Below are positions 1 to 14,100 of a stretch of DNA of 64,000 bases, piece by piece. Origin of the DNA: Ylistrum balloti (taxonomy: Eukaryota); the NCBI RefSeq assembly GCF_031769215.1, contig NW_026782463.1, positions 992,001 through 1,056,000 on the forward strand, read 5' to 3'. Each line of letters opens with the position of its first letter. Positions within the stretch are counted from its first letter, which is position 1. The translations under genes were made by a program, and so were the position numbers. A model generated the notes under the pieces. That model was not told where the DNA came from, did not search any database, and saw nothing but the letters and a program-made list of their open reading frames with translations.

Positions 1-2791
1 CCACGTTACTCCGAGATGTTCCCTTTTCTGGTAAGATTATTCTCTTTTCTTTTATACTCGTTTTTAAAGTCTTTTGAGTATGCATGTTTGTTGTCAGAAT
101 GACATTGTTGATGCTCTCGCCTTTTATCTTTGCCCCTTTCATTTACATTGGGGGTCGATGGGAGTGGAAGGGGATTATTTTTTACCATTTTTAGTGTTAC
201 CAATATTTGTCCATCTCATCTGGTTACATATTGTTCTGTCTAGATTTACACTATATCTTAAGAATCTAACAATAGATTTTATTCATATTTCCCGTGTAGT
301 TTCATAAGATCAAGTTCTAGTCCTGATCAGATTCTGGTGACCAGGGTGTTCATGTCTTATAGACATTCTCTTGTTTATTATCAATGTTAGTAACACTGAC
401 TGACATACAAAAGTAATTGACTTGATCCTCCTCATTTCTTTGTTTTACAGCTCTGTACTGGTTTGGTTATGAAAGCTTTCGATCAATGCTGCAGAGAATT
501 CATGGGAAAATAAGAATTGGTTTCTGGGATAATTTCTTTGCTGGTGCTGCTTCAGGAGCAGTAAGTATATTGTTAATATAATAATATCAGTGCCGAGTAA
601 CTGAATATGGTATCTGTGCTGCATCACAGTATATATAATATCAGTGCTGAGTAACTTTATATAACATTAGTGCCGAGTAACTGAATATGGTATCTGTGCT
701 ACATCACAGTATATATAATATCAGTGCTGAGTAACTTTATATAACATAAGTACCTAGTAACTGAATATGGTATCTGTGCTGAGTCACAGTATATATAATA
801 TCAGTGCTGAGTAACTTTATATAACATAAGTGCCAAGTAACTGAATATGGTATCTGTGCTGAGTCACAGTATATATAATATCTGTGCTGCATCACAGCTT
901 ATATAATATCTGTGCCGAGTAACTGAATATAATATCTGTGGTGAGTCACAGCTTACATAATATCTGTGCTGCATCAAAGCTTATATAATATCTGTGCTGC
1001 ATCACAGTTTATATAATATCTGTGTTGAGTCACAGTTTATATAATATCTGTGGAGAGTAACTGAATATGGAATCTGTGTTTTGTCACTGTTTATATAATA
1101 ATATCAGTGCTAAGCCAAAGTTAAATTATATCAATGTATTTGTTCATACAATTTGTGTATGGTTACTAAGCCAGTACATTTATCTGTGGTGTATCTGTGG
1201 TGAGTCACAGTTTATTTAAAGAAATATGGAAATCTTCTGATACTTTTATATATTGACAATTAACGCTATCATTTATCACAGATTGCAGCCATCATAACAC
1301 TGCCATTTGATGTCATCAAAACTCACCGACAGATAGAGCTGGGAAATGTGATGGGCTCCTCAGGTAAAATACATATTCAGTACCAGGAGTAGAGTTGATT
1401 ATAACTATCATTAGCAACATAACATTCTTTTATAATGAGAAATATATTGTTTGATTTCTGATGAATGACTGAGATATATCATATTCTCACATAAACACCA
1501 TTATCAGTGTAGTAGAACCAATTACAGGCAATGTTTTGCCATGTGTGATATGTCCTACTTAGGCAGTGATTGGTTGAAGGTTCCAAATGTTTCTGGTTTG
1601 ATGGTGTAACTTCATCGTATTTATACGCTTTGTGGAAGAGATAAAGAGTGAAAATAGGACCAAAATTAGATTTTGTATCCCTCTGAGGAAGTGTTGTTTT
1701 CATGCATTATGCAGAATTATGATAAGTTATGTGATGAATAGTACCTTAAATTTGTTCCATTTTATGGTAAAACAAAAAGATTTCATAAATCTCACATGGA
1801 ATAGGAATGAATGTTAAATCCTCTATATACCCACTTGTTAGAGTAATCTTAACAGGATTTAAATCACCCTATTGGGATAATAATTTATGATGGGTAATTC
1901 AATGAGATGAAGATTGTACAAGATTTAAAATAGGCTTTTTAATGATTTGTATAAAAAGAGATTTGCCTCTTACGAGGAATTTCTGGTGATTGCTCTAGCA
2001 TATGGTAATCTTGTGATTCCTTGATGTTTATCAATTACAGGTATTTTTTTTCTCTTCAACAGGTGAAAAGAAAACCAGCTCAACATTTCGTCTCATACAA
2101 AGTTTATATAGGCAGCAAGGAGTTGCTTCCCTTTTTACAGGTTTGTGTTTGAAGTGTTTTAGTCTCATGGGCTGAATGACTAAAAACTTAGTGATGTGGC
2201 AAAAGAATATTTCCGCTGTCAACTTAATTTAGAAGACATTTTATTTGTTATGAGGCAGTAGGTACCTGATGTGTACTGTTGTAAACTTTTCAGCTTTTCT
2301 CATACGTTTCTCCAGTTTAATTCTTTTCAGGGTCACATGCTCTCTTGACTACCTCAAAAAAATTGACATTAATATATTTAAAATGTTGAAATAAATTTTC
2401 ATTGATTTTGTGTAATCTGGACTGGTACAAATTAATGTCAATTAAATGTCACATTCCACTCATTTCATTACAGAAACCAGTGATATCTGCCAAAGTTACC
2501 TCCCTTTTTTTGAAGACTTTTGTCTAAAATCACTCTTGTTGTAATGTAGAAATGTTATGTAATATAGTAAGTGATTATTAGGGATGTTTTTAAGGAAAGC
2601 TGTGTATGTTGGACGTTGTATGACAAGCTTTAATACACAGTCTTTGTTAATATGTTACAGGTATTGTTCCAAGGGTGATCAAAGTTGCCCCTGCCTGTGC
2701 CATCATGATCAGTTCCTACGAATATTTCAAGTCAGTGTTCAGGGAACACAACCTCAAGGCACAGAAGGCGTTAATGATACCATCTTCCTAA
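1..2791 (+). CDS. SLC25A40: Mitochondrial carrier SLC25A39/SLC25A40 family (glutathione importer-like), 5'-partial, last five coding exons
   Basis: Exons <1-30, 451-560, 1282-1363, 2063-2140 and 2661-2791 have GT-AG ends and consistent phases. They translate to ..TLLRDVPFS|[22 protein letters not shown]|[21 protein letters not shown]..|[13 protein letters not shown]|[30 protein letters not shown]. The carrier signature PFDVIKTH and the [13 protein letters not shown] motif are typical of SLC25A39/40. The vertebrate paralogue cannot be assigned. Confidence 0.93.
575..1115. repeat. Minisatellite of ~26-bp monomers with an 80-bp higher-order unit
   Basis: GT(G/A)CC.AGTAACTGAATATGG recurs at 590, 670, 750 and 830, then the array continues as ~26-bp ATAATATCTGTGCTGCATCACAG-type monomers. 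Confidence 0.9.
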
Positions 2792-5700
2792 GGTGTTTTG
2801 TTTACTGATATATACAGCCTGGTGTAGCCTAGGATACCAGCAGGTCAACTATCGTCAAAGCAATCAGCTTTGATTGATAACAGGTTGATACAGAATTTGT
2901 CTGACCTAACCCACCAAATGATTGGTATGGAAGATGATTCAAAGTAATGTTTTCCTCTTATAATGTACCTAAATACTTGGAAGTCCGAGTTACTATTGTG
3001 GAGACGGATTCCTAACAAATCCAGATTCAGTAAGGACAAGTATAGAGAAGACAGCTGTGCTTGTTTAAATAACCTGTGAAAAGTGTCATTGACATCACAA
3101 CTGAAGTCTTGTGAAGTAGGTTTTGAGAGGTATGAATAACTGATATTTTAATGCAATACCTCCATAGGATTTGTATTTTGTGTTGCAAAAGAAATCTGTA
3201 TATATGTGTGTGTGTATATATATATGGATACTTTCAAGGTATGTGTGGATTACAAATCTATTCACTTGTTTGTTTGAAGTCAGAATCGTGTTTGAAATTA
3301 CTGAAATTGAATGGATCTTGCTTGCAAAGCACTTCAGATTGTATGAAAACGTTTGATTTTTCCTCTTTTAAACGTTTCTACCTGTGATATTTTATATTTT
3401 GCATGTTTATAGTATGTTGAAACTGTCACTGCAGAATCTGAACTTCATATCAAGTTGGAGTTAAGTTTGAATCATACAAATAGTCTGTTGACGTTTAACT
3501 TGGTGTTAAATATTTGAAAACAAATAAGATGAATCATCTCATTCATGATTTTACATGTAAAAATATCCCATATTTTTAACAAGATATATATTTTTTGATG
3601 AGATATGAATGTAAGGTGTACCATGTAAGTAAGTATGAAGTCAGTGTTTCAGTAGTTTGGATACAAGAGGTTACCCTTCAACAACAGACAATGTATCTAG
3701 ATGTATCACAATGCATTGATATTATTTGTGTAGTTTCTCCCAACAGTTTAGCTATCAACTGTTTTAAATTTTCTTTTTCAAAATTTCTGCCTGCCCTGCT
3801 TAAAAATTCTATCCTTTCAAAATTCTGATAATTGAAACTTCTTTCCTTGATTAATAATGAAATGTTGGTGCTGAATCTTTTCTGTTATTTTTAGATGAAT
3901 ATCTTAATTACTGTAATTGCACATGTATATATATAAAATGTAGAGAATAGAATTATTCATCAAAGTATGAAATAGTTCTGATGAATGGCTGATCAGATCT
4001 CAGTTGGTCGATGTAAAATACCCACCTACATTCAAAAGAATCAAATGTAGTGTTATTAGTACTATTTTACACTTGCATAAGGTAACCAACATTGTTTATA
4101 AGTCACCAAGGTCTTTTATGGTGATTCACAGATAAACAAAGCTGTGTGTGTTATCAGAGACGATCAAGTGCTCTGATTGACAAGATTTAATTAAACAAAC
4201 GCTATCTGGTGTAAGGCAGTAAAAGACCGGCAAAGTTTATGAAAAATTTGCTTATGTAGTCTAATGATATGTAGTGTAGTTTTTACGTTCTTCAATCTGA
4301 TGGGAAATATACACTGGAGCTATCCCGTTATATATATAAATCAGAAAATGTGTTGGGAATATTTGCGAGTAATTATTTTTCAAACGGAAGCATTAATTTG
4401 TGAGCGATACATGAATAACAGAGAACAGAGAACAAGTTATTGTGGAAGTCATGTGGGACAAAGCTTGGCTTTTACTACGGTGTCAATTGTGTGATTGTTT
4501 TATTCCTTAGGTCAGTGTACAGTTTATCTACTTTTCTATGTGTTCATGAAAACTTGTTATAAATATCTAGATATGGAATACATGGACTTTTACATGTGTA
4601 AATAATCTGATGAGCTTCAACAGTTTGAAGTTTATTAAGGGGCATTGTATCTAAAATTTTAACAATCTACTTGATGTTTGATGACGTAGATGAACCATTT
4701 TCTAGTCAGTGCACTTTCATGGCATTTTCACAACGGCATGCATTACCTCTTCATTTTCGCTAGTTTATTGCTTTCAGCCTCCAGATTGTATATTATTATT
4801 CAGTTATCATGGGGGTTTCCTTACTTAACTAAAATATTGGAGTCATTAATAAATCATGTGATTATTGATTTTCAAACGTTGAAGAGATTTGAGAGTATCA
4901 AGTCATTCCATGAATTTTTACCTTTAATAATTAGTTTCTTGATAATGTATTCAAGAGTATTTAATGAATAAATTAATGAAACATCATCCGAGGTCTGTTT
5001 TCTTTGTCATTTTCCTGAATACCTGGTACATGTTTAAGATTTACAAACCTGACAAAGTATTTTATAGTAAAGGTTTTTTGTGTAGATAATGACCCCAACT
5101 GTTTCTGAGGTCAGAAACACAGCAAACAAATTTCAAAGAGTTTTTATTACATGATTTTATCTTTGGAAACAGTGAAAAGCAGCGCTTGTTGTAAGCTTTA
5201 CTGTATATTTATGAGGCAGTTTGTATGCAGGTGGTGTAGCTTTCCAAAATTTGGCAGATTGTTTCACTGGATGTATATTTTAAAGTTCAGATGTCTTTAT
5301 TGTCTGACAGCTTTATATGTGACATTGATTATTAATGTTCTCGAACATCCACAGATATCTTGAATGAACTGGAGTTGTGATATCAATGTGGTATTATATA
5401 AAAAAGTTTTATGAGTGAATTTCGTCACATTGAAAGATCAAGAAGAAGCACAGTGTGGTTGTCTAATTTCAACAACTATATTGTCAGTTTAAACAAATAC
5501 AAACCAAAAGGAAAACAATTTCATTCAGCTTTACTTTCACTTTGTAACAAAGTCTCATCTCATTATAACATGACAGTACAAAATTGAATTGGACTTAAAT
5601 TGTATTTCTTTGTGATACGACGCAGAACTCTATACATATATCTCTTGTCACACCTGGATTTGTGGATGGTGCAGAATGACCTGAGTAACTGATTTATGTA

Positions 5701-5910
5701 GGTTTCATAATAGTTTTCACATAGACACTAAAAAAATGTCTTAACTTTCTCTTGATAAAGACTAAATGTGATGACGTAATGTCACATCAATCAATACAAC
5801 ATTATGCTTTTCCTCAAAAATTTAGAATAAAGAAAATTCCATTTTATTTCCAAGATGTTACTGTATACAAAAAAACCCCATTATTTTTACATACGTTTAT
5901 GTATGGCTTT

Positions 5911-6140
5911 CATCAAATTCCCCTCCCAACATGAACAAAAATGTTGATTTCGTAAAACATCAAATTCCCCTCCCGAAATGAACAAAAATGTTGATTTTTT
6001 AAAACATCAAATTCCCCTCAGAAATGAACAAAAATGTTGATTTTGTAAAACATCAAATTCCCCTCCCGAAATGAACAAAAATGTTGATTTTTTAAAACAT
6101 CTAATTCCCCTCAGAAATGAACAAAACTGTTGATTTTGTA
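5911..6140. repeat. 47-bp tandem repeat, about 5 copies
   Basis: CATC(A/T)AATTCCCC unit starts at 5911, 5958, 6005, 6051 and 6098. Confidence 0.92.
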
Positions 6141-8129
6141 AGAAAACATCTAGAAAACAAAAAGTGATGTGAACACATCTTTCCACATCTAATGATCTTT
6201 GACTCTACAAACTTCGAATGACCACTCATTAGCAATGGAAATCATTTTTCCCTCCAGAGTCACGGTTGTTGGAGTGATAGTAATTCACAGATAAAAGGAT
6301 GATTTTGTGGAATGTATCACAGACAAACATAAAGCACTTCACGGAGTGATGAGGTCATCCCAGTTGTTGATTTCTCGCATTTAACAACTTCAGAGATTCT
6401 ATGTCCAAACATACAAGTATTTCTTTCACACTCGCTTGACAGAAACTCAAGAAAGCAAAGTCATTAGATCATTTTCTTGGACACAGGAAATAATGACTTT
6501 TTGAAAATATGAAAATCTGAAATGATTCAACTTAAGACTGTGAAAGAATTTGACCTGGAACATAAGATTTTTGAAATTTCTTCCATGAATTAAGAGTGAT
6601 TACCAAGCACAATATTAGCTACAAGATGAAGAAAAAGAAACGGGGCATTACAGCAGATCTAAACATTGACAACATTAGATATACCAGAACTGATAAATGC
6701 TGTTGATTCTGTCAGAAATACACAAAATTTCAACATAAACTTCCTATCCATGTAACATGAAGGCTACGCCCACAACAGAATGAATATTAAAAAAACATTA
6801 CAAACTACTCCTTTTGCACTTCAAGGGAGTTAACTCTTCATTTATGTTCATACAAGAAAAAAATCTTTAATTTATAAATATATATACAAGTGACAATTAA
6901 ATGTTCCTAGTCTAGCATACACATTCACACATCCATGTAACACATTCACAGCCACTAGGCCATTATTCGTACATAAAACTCAACTCTATACATTAAAAAT
7001 ATCATTTACTTTACATGACAATGCTACACATGAAATAGTCTCTAAATTCAGAATATGCTAGTCTCTACACTTCCTATAATGCTACAAAAAATCCCATCTG
7101 CATTTAGCAGATTCCTTGTGCATTTTCTAATGATAAAGGATATTCAAACCAATGTTGACAAAAGCTTTTCAAGGAAAAGAATGTTCCCCCTCTAAGCTTT
7201 TCAAGGAAAAGAATATTCCCCCCTCTAAAACTCTCGAACAGACCATAATTTCCTCTGTTAACGTCATTTGAAAAGGACTCATCAAACACAAATCAAAACC
7301 TCTGACACAAAAAAGGCAACCAATAATAAGTTCAGAAAGTTTGAAATATGATACCTAGAAATTGAAATATTGTGTGAACTTGTTGAATGACTTGGTATTT
7401 CTCAAGATAAATTGTAATCAATACTTTCGACATGATGATTAAGCACAAACAAAATATGAAATACTATATCTGTGGACTTTGCCTTATTGTTTTGGAGTCT
7501 GAAACATAACCATAAAGTTGGCCCTATTAGAACATTCGCACAACATTATAAAAAAATGTTTAATTAATTGTCTCTAAACGGTTGTTATACCTAGGTCAGC
7601 TAAAATTCAGAACAGTTCAAAACTAAGTGAACAATAACATAACATGTTTATAACAAAAGTTTTTGCTCATAATGAAATAATACGGTCACAACTTAAGAAT
7701 CTTTTGATAATTCAAGTAAAGTCTGAAAGAATCATTAAATGGGTTATGACAAAAGTACTCCACCAGTAATTTTCTGTTGAGTCGGCCAACAGTCGAGTGC
7801 TCTGGTGGTTTGTAAAGGAAGTACATTGATCAGCATGACAACAGACAATGAATAACCCTGAGGAACAGGAGAATCATTTCTTAATGTAATTTTTGAGTTG
7901 GATTAGAATCAACTGCTTTAAGGAGCTACAGTAAGATTTTTGTCATAACCCATTCTCCAAAATTCTTCCCGAAAATAAAATAATTTCGCCTCAATATCAC
8001 AATACACTGGTTATTGTGTAGATTCAATCCTGAATGTGTGAACTAAACCAATTCAAAAGTCATATGCTGTCTATCATTGGTTTAAAGAGTGTCTTTGGAC
8101 GGATGATAACATGAACACACAAAATAAAA

Positions 8130-11100
8130 TCAAGATTTGGCTATACTGCGCAGTAACTTCTCTATTTTCTGATCGTTTCTGATGATGTTGGACTTGACAG
8201 CAGCAATAAGATCCATTTGGTCAGCTATGGCCTGATCCACTTCTCCAAGCTGGGCCTTCATAGGTTCGATGGCTTTGTCTGTGATACTGCAAGTAAAGGA
8301 TACATGTAGTGTAACACGATCCAAATATTTCTTATATCAGTTGTAAGTCGCATGTGAAAGTTATTTTCAATCACTGAAAATATCATGTACAGTCAAACCT
8401 GTGTATACAGGCCACTCAAGGGGGCAGTGGCCTTTATACAACACAGATGGCCTTTATATAGATGTTCAATTACAATACTATGAATTGCATCATCAAAACA
8501 GCGACCTTTACAGACAGGTTTAACTGGACATACAGATTGTGTCACAAGTGGAATATTCATGGGGAAACCAGTGTAGTAATGTTGTACATTTTACCAGAAC
8601 AATGTAAAAATGAGAGTTTTTCTTCAACAAGGAGGACTTCAGCTGAATTCACATCCCACAAATGAAAGGATATCTACAGATATAAACAACACTTGTGGAC
8701 AGCAGGATATAGGGTCACATTCTGATTCCCGTTAAATACCTATAACTTATGAACCACAAGAACACAATTTGGTTAAAATGATTCCGTGCCTTACCATTGG
8801 TATAACAATGGCCTACTCTAACTAGTGTACTAATTACTTCCTTTTGTCAGCAGCTCCACCAGAGAAGATATCAACATAGCACATTATCTAAACTCACACA
8901 TAATATTCATCACGGACTTACCCCTTTTCCCGTTTTAATGCCAAAACATGATCCTTGTTTTCTGTTTTCCACCGCTCCAACTCTTTCTGCATAGAGTCTA
9001 AATCTTCCTGTACATAATCCATGATTTTTCCAAGAGGATTAGCACTACGTGTTAAAGTCTGAATGCTGCCACGTAATTTATCGATCTCCTTCTGGACCGT
9101 GTCTCGCTGTTTCCGTCTCTGTGCATCAGACATTGTTGGCCGTTCCTGCGGAAAGATTTTTTTATTTCAGTAACAATTGATCACAAAAATGACGAAAATG
9201 GTATTTGAAAAACTGAAATTCCTTAAAAGGGTCTGGCTCTGCATTATACACAATATAAATTTGATGTAATATTTTGGTGAAAGGTACTAGATGATGCACT
9301 CTGTTAGTACACCTGCTTCATAAGCTACCAAAGTGTAAATGATAGAAGTCAGAAAAACATCATCAATGAACATTTGATTGGTTTTGATATGAAACAATCT
9401 ATAAACAGTACATATTTATCCAGATGTGAAACATATCTTAAAATACCAATGCAGTATACTAGTACAATATCTGTTTTATAACTGACACAGTTGATATACC
9501 CTGCTGCTCTGATAAAAAGAGAGTAATAAACACCACTATAGTTTTGCTTGCCACATACCACTTCTGTTTTTCTAGTTGCTTGTTGCTGCTGCTGACTGCC
9601 ACTCTCCAATTCCTTTTTGGTCTCCAGAATCTTCTTAACCAGGCCTCCATGATCATCTTCATCACTGTCCTCTGGCCGAGAAATGGTCTACAAATTTTCA
9701 AAATGAAATCTGGTTTGAAAGTAAGTTAAGATACAATAGCTGAGACTTATGACTTATATACATGTCTGGGTTAAATCATAGTGATTATTTACCTACCTCA
9801 CTGAAGTGTTGCATTAGTCAGTATGATTAGCAGCTGCTCTCATATCAATCCTGAAGCGTTTTTTTTTTAACCTTTTTCTTTTCAAAAGTATAAATGCTTG
9901 CCACTTATGAGGATTTCAATGTTTTTAAAGATAGACTGATGACCTACCTGATCTGGTTCAGGAGGGGGTGGAGCAGATTCTTCCACTAAAAAGTTTTCAT
10001 CATCATCGGAATCTCCATCGTCTACTATCACATTGGCTGGTTTCCCACTCCCGAGTCTGAAGAAAGGAAATGTATTGAATTATGTGTGGTAGCAATATAA
10101 CAAACTGTGGTGAAGGACACAGCTCACTTAATGATAATACAGTTAAGATACATCCAATTTAATATGGTGAAAGTCTTCTGTATCTGAAAAACTGCTATAA
10201 GTCACCATTTTTAAATACTGCACACATCCTTACATTAATTGCTTATTCCTTAAAATTATCCATAGTCCAGGTGACAACAAAACATTCTCGACATCATTTA
10301 TCAACAATACCAAATAAGGCTATTTTATTGCTATGTAATGTTCATATTCAATACTGTAAGTGTTTAACAATTTTTTTTTGACTGATTTCCTGTTTGATCT
10401 ACGTCTGATGTATTTATATCAACAAGCCCCAGTGATCTACGTCTGATGTATTTATATCAACAAGCCCCATTGATCAATGTTTGATGTATTTATATCAACA
10501 AGCCCCAGTGATCAATGCCTGATGTATTTATATCAACAAGCCCCAGTGATCTATGTCTGATGTATTTATATCAACAAGCCCCAGTGATCTACGTCTGATG
10601 TATTTATATCAACAAGCCCCACTGATGAATGTCTGATGTATTTATATCAACAAGCCCCATTGATCTATGTCTGATGTATTTATATCAACAAGCCCCATTG
10701 ATCAATGTTTGATGTATTTATATCAACAAGCCCCAGTGATCTATGTCTGATGTATTTATATCAACAAGCGCCATTGATCAATGTTTGATGTATTTATATC
10801 AACAAGCCCCAGTGATCTATGTCTGATGTATTTATATCAACAAGCCCCACTGATGAATGTCTGATGTATTTATATCAACAAGCCCCATTGATCAATGTTT
10901 GATGTATTTATATCAACAAGCGCCATTGATCAATGTTTGATGTATTTATATCAACAAGCCCCATTGATCAATGTTTGATGTATTTATATCAACAAGCCCA
11001 ATTGATCAATGTCTGATGTATTTATATCAACAAGCGCCATTGATCTATGTCTGATGTATTTATATCAACAAGCGCCATTGATCAATGTTTGATGTATTTA

Positions 11101-14100
11101 TATCAACAAGCCCCAGTGATCAATGTCTGATGTATTTATATCAACAAGCGCCATGTTCGGCTGATTATCTATCACTTCCTGTTCGACCTATGATCAGTAA
11201 ACCCGTATATTTACCTCATGGCCGGCTCATTTTCTATGGTTTCCTGTTTCCTCCTTGGTGGTGCTGGGCGCGCACTGCTTGGTCTATTCATTTTTCTCCT
11301 GAGATTAAAGCAGTTTTATGTAATAAAATTCATAATTATAATTTTAAAATGAGTAATGAAATAAAACATTACATATGGACATAACAAAAAGTGTATAAAC
11401 TTCATAAAAAGAAGATTTTTGTAACGTTCAACAAAAAGTCAATGGGCAACAACTTTTGGTAAAAAAGATACGTGCCCCAAGCTTCAAAAGTATTGATTAG
11501 GATAGTCAGACACATTTCAAGCCACATCTGATTGGAATTTCCTAATAAAGACAGTCTAGTCATATTACAGGTACAAGTATTATGACTGTTTGTGTGGTAC
11601 TTACGTGGCAGAGACCTGGGGAGGGAGGTCATCCTCACCCACAGGATCAGACGGAGGTGGAGCCCTCTGTGGCGGGGCCTGTTGATGTTGTTCATCCTCT
11701 GTAAATGGATTACAAACATACACATAGGGAAGGTAAAAAAAAATCCCTAAATATTCCTTATATGGTAAGCTAATTGTACAATAAAGCACTGTCATTTAAA
11801 TTATTCGGAGGAATTTCTTACTTTAATAAGAGGTCTAACAGGTCTGTATCACTCACCTGTTACTTAATGGTACCTACTACAATTTGATATTAATCACCTT
11901 AGGAGTCAGGAAGGGTTACAATGATAAAACAATGTAATCAACTTTTAATTTCATATTAAATATTATTACCCTACAACTTCTAGATCCCTCTTAGAAGATC
12001 TTTGATAATTTGAGTCCAGTGGTGTTCAAAGTGATGGCTGGCCCAGAATCACTGATCTATAATATCGTCTTACCCCAGAAAGACACTGGTCAAACATCAA
12101 TATCCTACTGTTGTTCAGTTTTACAATTTTTGAACTTTTGAGTCCTTACTTTTTAAGTAACGTTTTCAGGCCCACTAAGCTACCAAGCATAATCCTAACA
12201 TTTTATATCTAAATGACACTATCAAGTTCATGTGATATGGTCATTATCAAATAAGCTCATACCTGTAAGCACTTTTCAACAGGTTTAATAATACATTGTT
12301 TATAGCTATATTTCAAAGTTATTTTACAGAAAGGTTTTTAATTGGAACTCTGTTGTCTTATCAAAGTGAGGACAATATCATGTATTATAGTCTTACCTAC
12401 ATTATCCTAAAGTATGAATCACACAGAGAACAGATGAAATGTTTTTAACAAAATGGTATGCTTATCTGAAGCCATGACAGAACAATAAATGTGAATCCCT
12501 GTGGTGTTTAACACATGATGTGATATCAACATGCTGTGAGAAAAAAAATTAGATGAAAATTGATGTCAAACAAACTTATAAAGCAATATAAAGATCAGTG
12601 TATATTTCATATCAAAAAAGTCATAGAGAGATGAATGTTTCATCGTATATATAATGCCAAACAAGGTCTTGTTAATGGTATTTATATCTCTGAATAATTC
12701 TGATACATTAGAAGTCACAAAAGGTTACAATGTATATATCTTAACATAAGGCAAACAAAAAAGGAACAGATATCGATGTGTCTATGTTTATACTACTGTT
12801 GATATAAATAATGATTGTTTGGATCATTTAATATCTTAAAACTTTCTAAACATATAGTTCCTAAAAAATGCTCCATGGTTTCATCATTTCAGTTGAGGAA
12901 AAAGAATACAAAAAGTCTATGTTCCAACACCGTTCCACAGATCCCAATGAAAACAATCCATATACCATCAGATTCTACAAGAAAGGATGTCCTTCAATAT
13001 GTTCTCATGTATTAAGTCCTTCTAAACCTTGGTGCTACTAAATAGTGTTCTTCAAAATCTACCATAGTCACTATTATTCAGAGTCTTTCTATACTTACTG
13101 CAATTCAAATGTCCTTTAAAACTGATCACACTAACTGCTGCAATTTCCATCAAAACTGTTCACACTTCTTTCTGCAGTTTCCTTCAAACCTGCCCACACT
13201 AATTACTGCAGTTTTCTTCAAACTTCATCACACTTACCACTGCAATTTCCTTCAAACCTGATCACACTTACTGCTGCAATTTCCTTCAAACCTGATCACA
13301 CTTACAGCTGCAATTTCCTTCATACCTGATCACAATTACAGCTGCAATTTCCTTCAAACCTGATCACACTTACAGCTGCAATTTGCTTCAAACCTGATCA
13401 CACTTACTATTGTAATTTCCTTAAAACCTGAAAACGCTTACTACTGCAATTTCCTTCGAAACTGATCACACACTACTAAAACACCCTTAAAAGCTGATAA
13501 CATCTGCTGTTACAATGTCCTTTAAAACTGAAGACACCTAAAGCTGCAATTTCTTTCAAATCTGATCATACTTAATACTGCAATGTCCTCAAAACTGGGT
13601 GAACATTTCAAACAATAGCTAAAAAGTTTTGAAAAAACAAAATGATTTACAAGAATATTTGATCATTTTTTCGGAGACCATCAACACCTTAATTGTTATA
13701 GTGATAATTTGAACGCCATGCTTGTTTAGTGTGGTTGTCAGATATTTAGTTAGAAATAAGAAACACAATTCATCATTATAAACAATAACAACGATTCTTT
13801 TCAAAATCAGAAAAATGCACCATACAACGTAAAAAAATCATGCAATGCTAATTTTTTCCAAGTCCTTCAGAAATCTCAAAATCAGTTGTTTTCCTACCCA
13901 GTCTTCCAGTGTCACAAATATTAATAATTAACTAATGAATTAGAATCTCATTAGGGAAACTTTAATTAACATTAATACGAATTAATTGATAGCCAGTTTC
14001 ATCCTAACGCTGCTCATTATGAACTGATAATTTTGTTATACAGAAGCAAAGATTGGAAAATCTTTTATATCTGAAACTATCTATTTAGCAGAGACTTTAC

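Noticed and set aside
11826-12270. Degenerate Helentron-like element starting AATAAGAGGTC..CACTCACCTG
   Set aside because: The resemblance to abundant bivalve repeats is from memory only and too weak to call without a library search.
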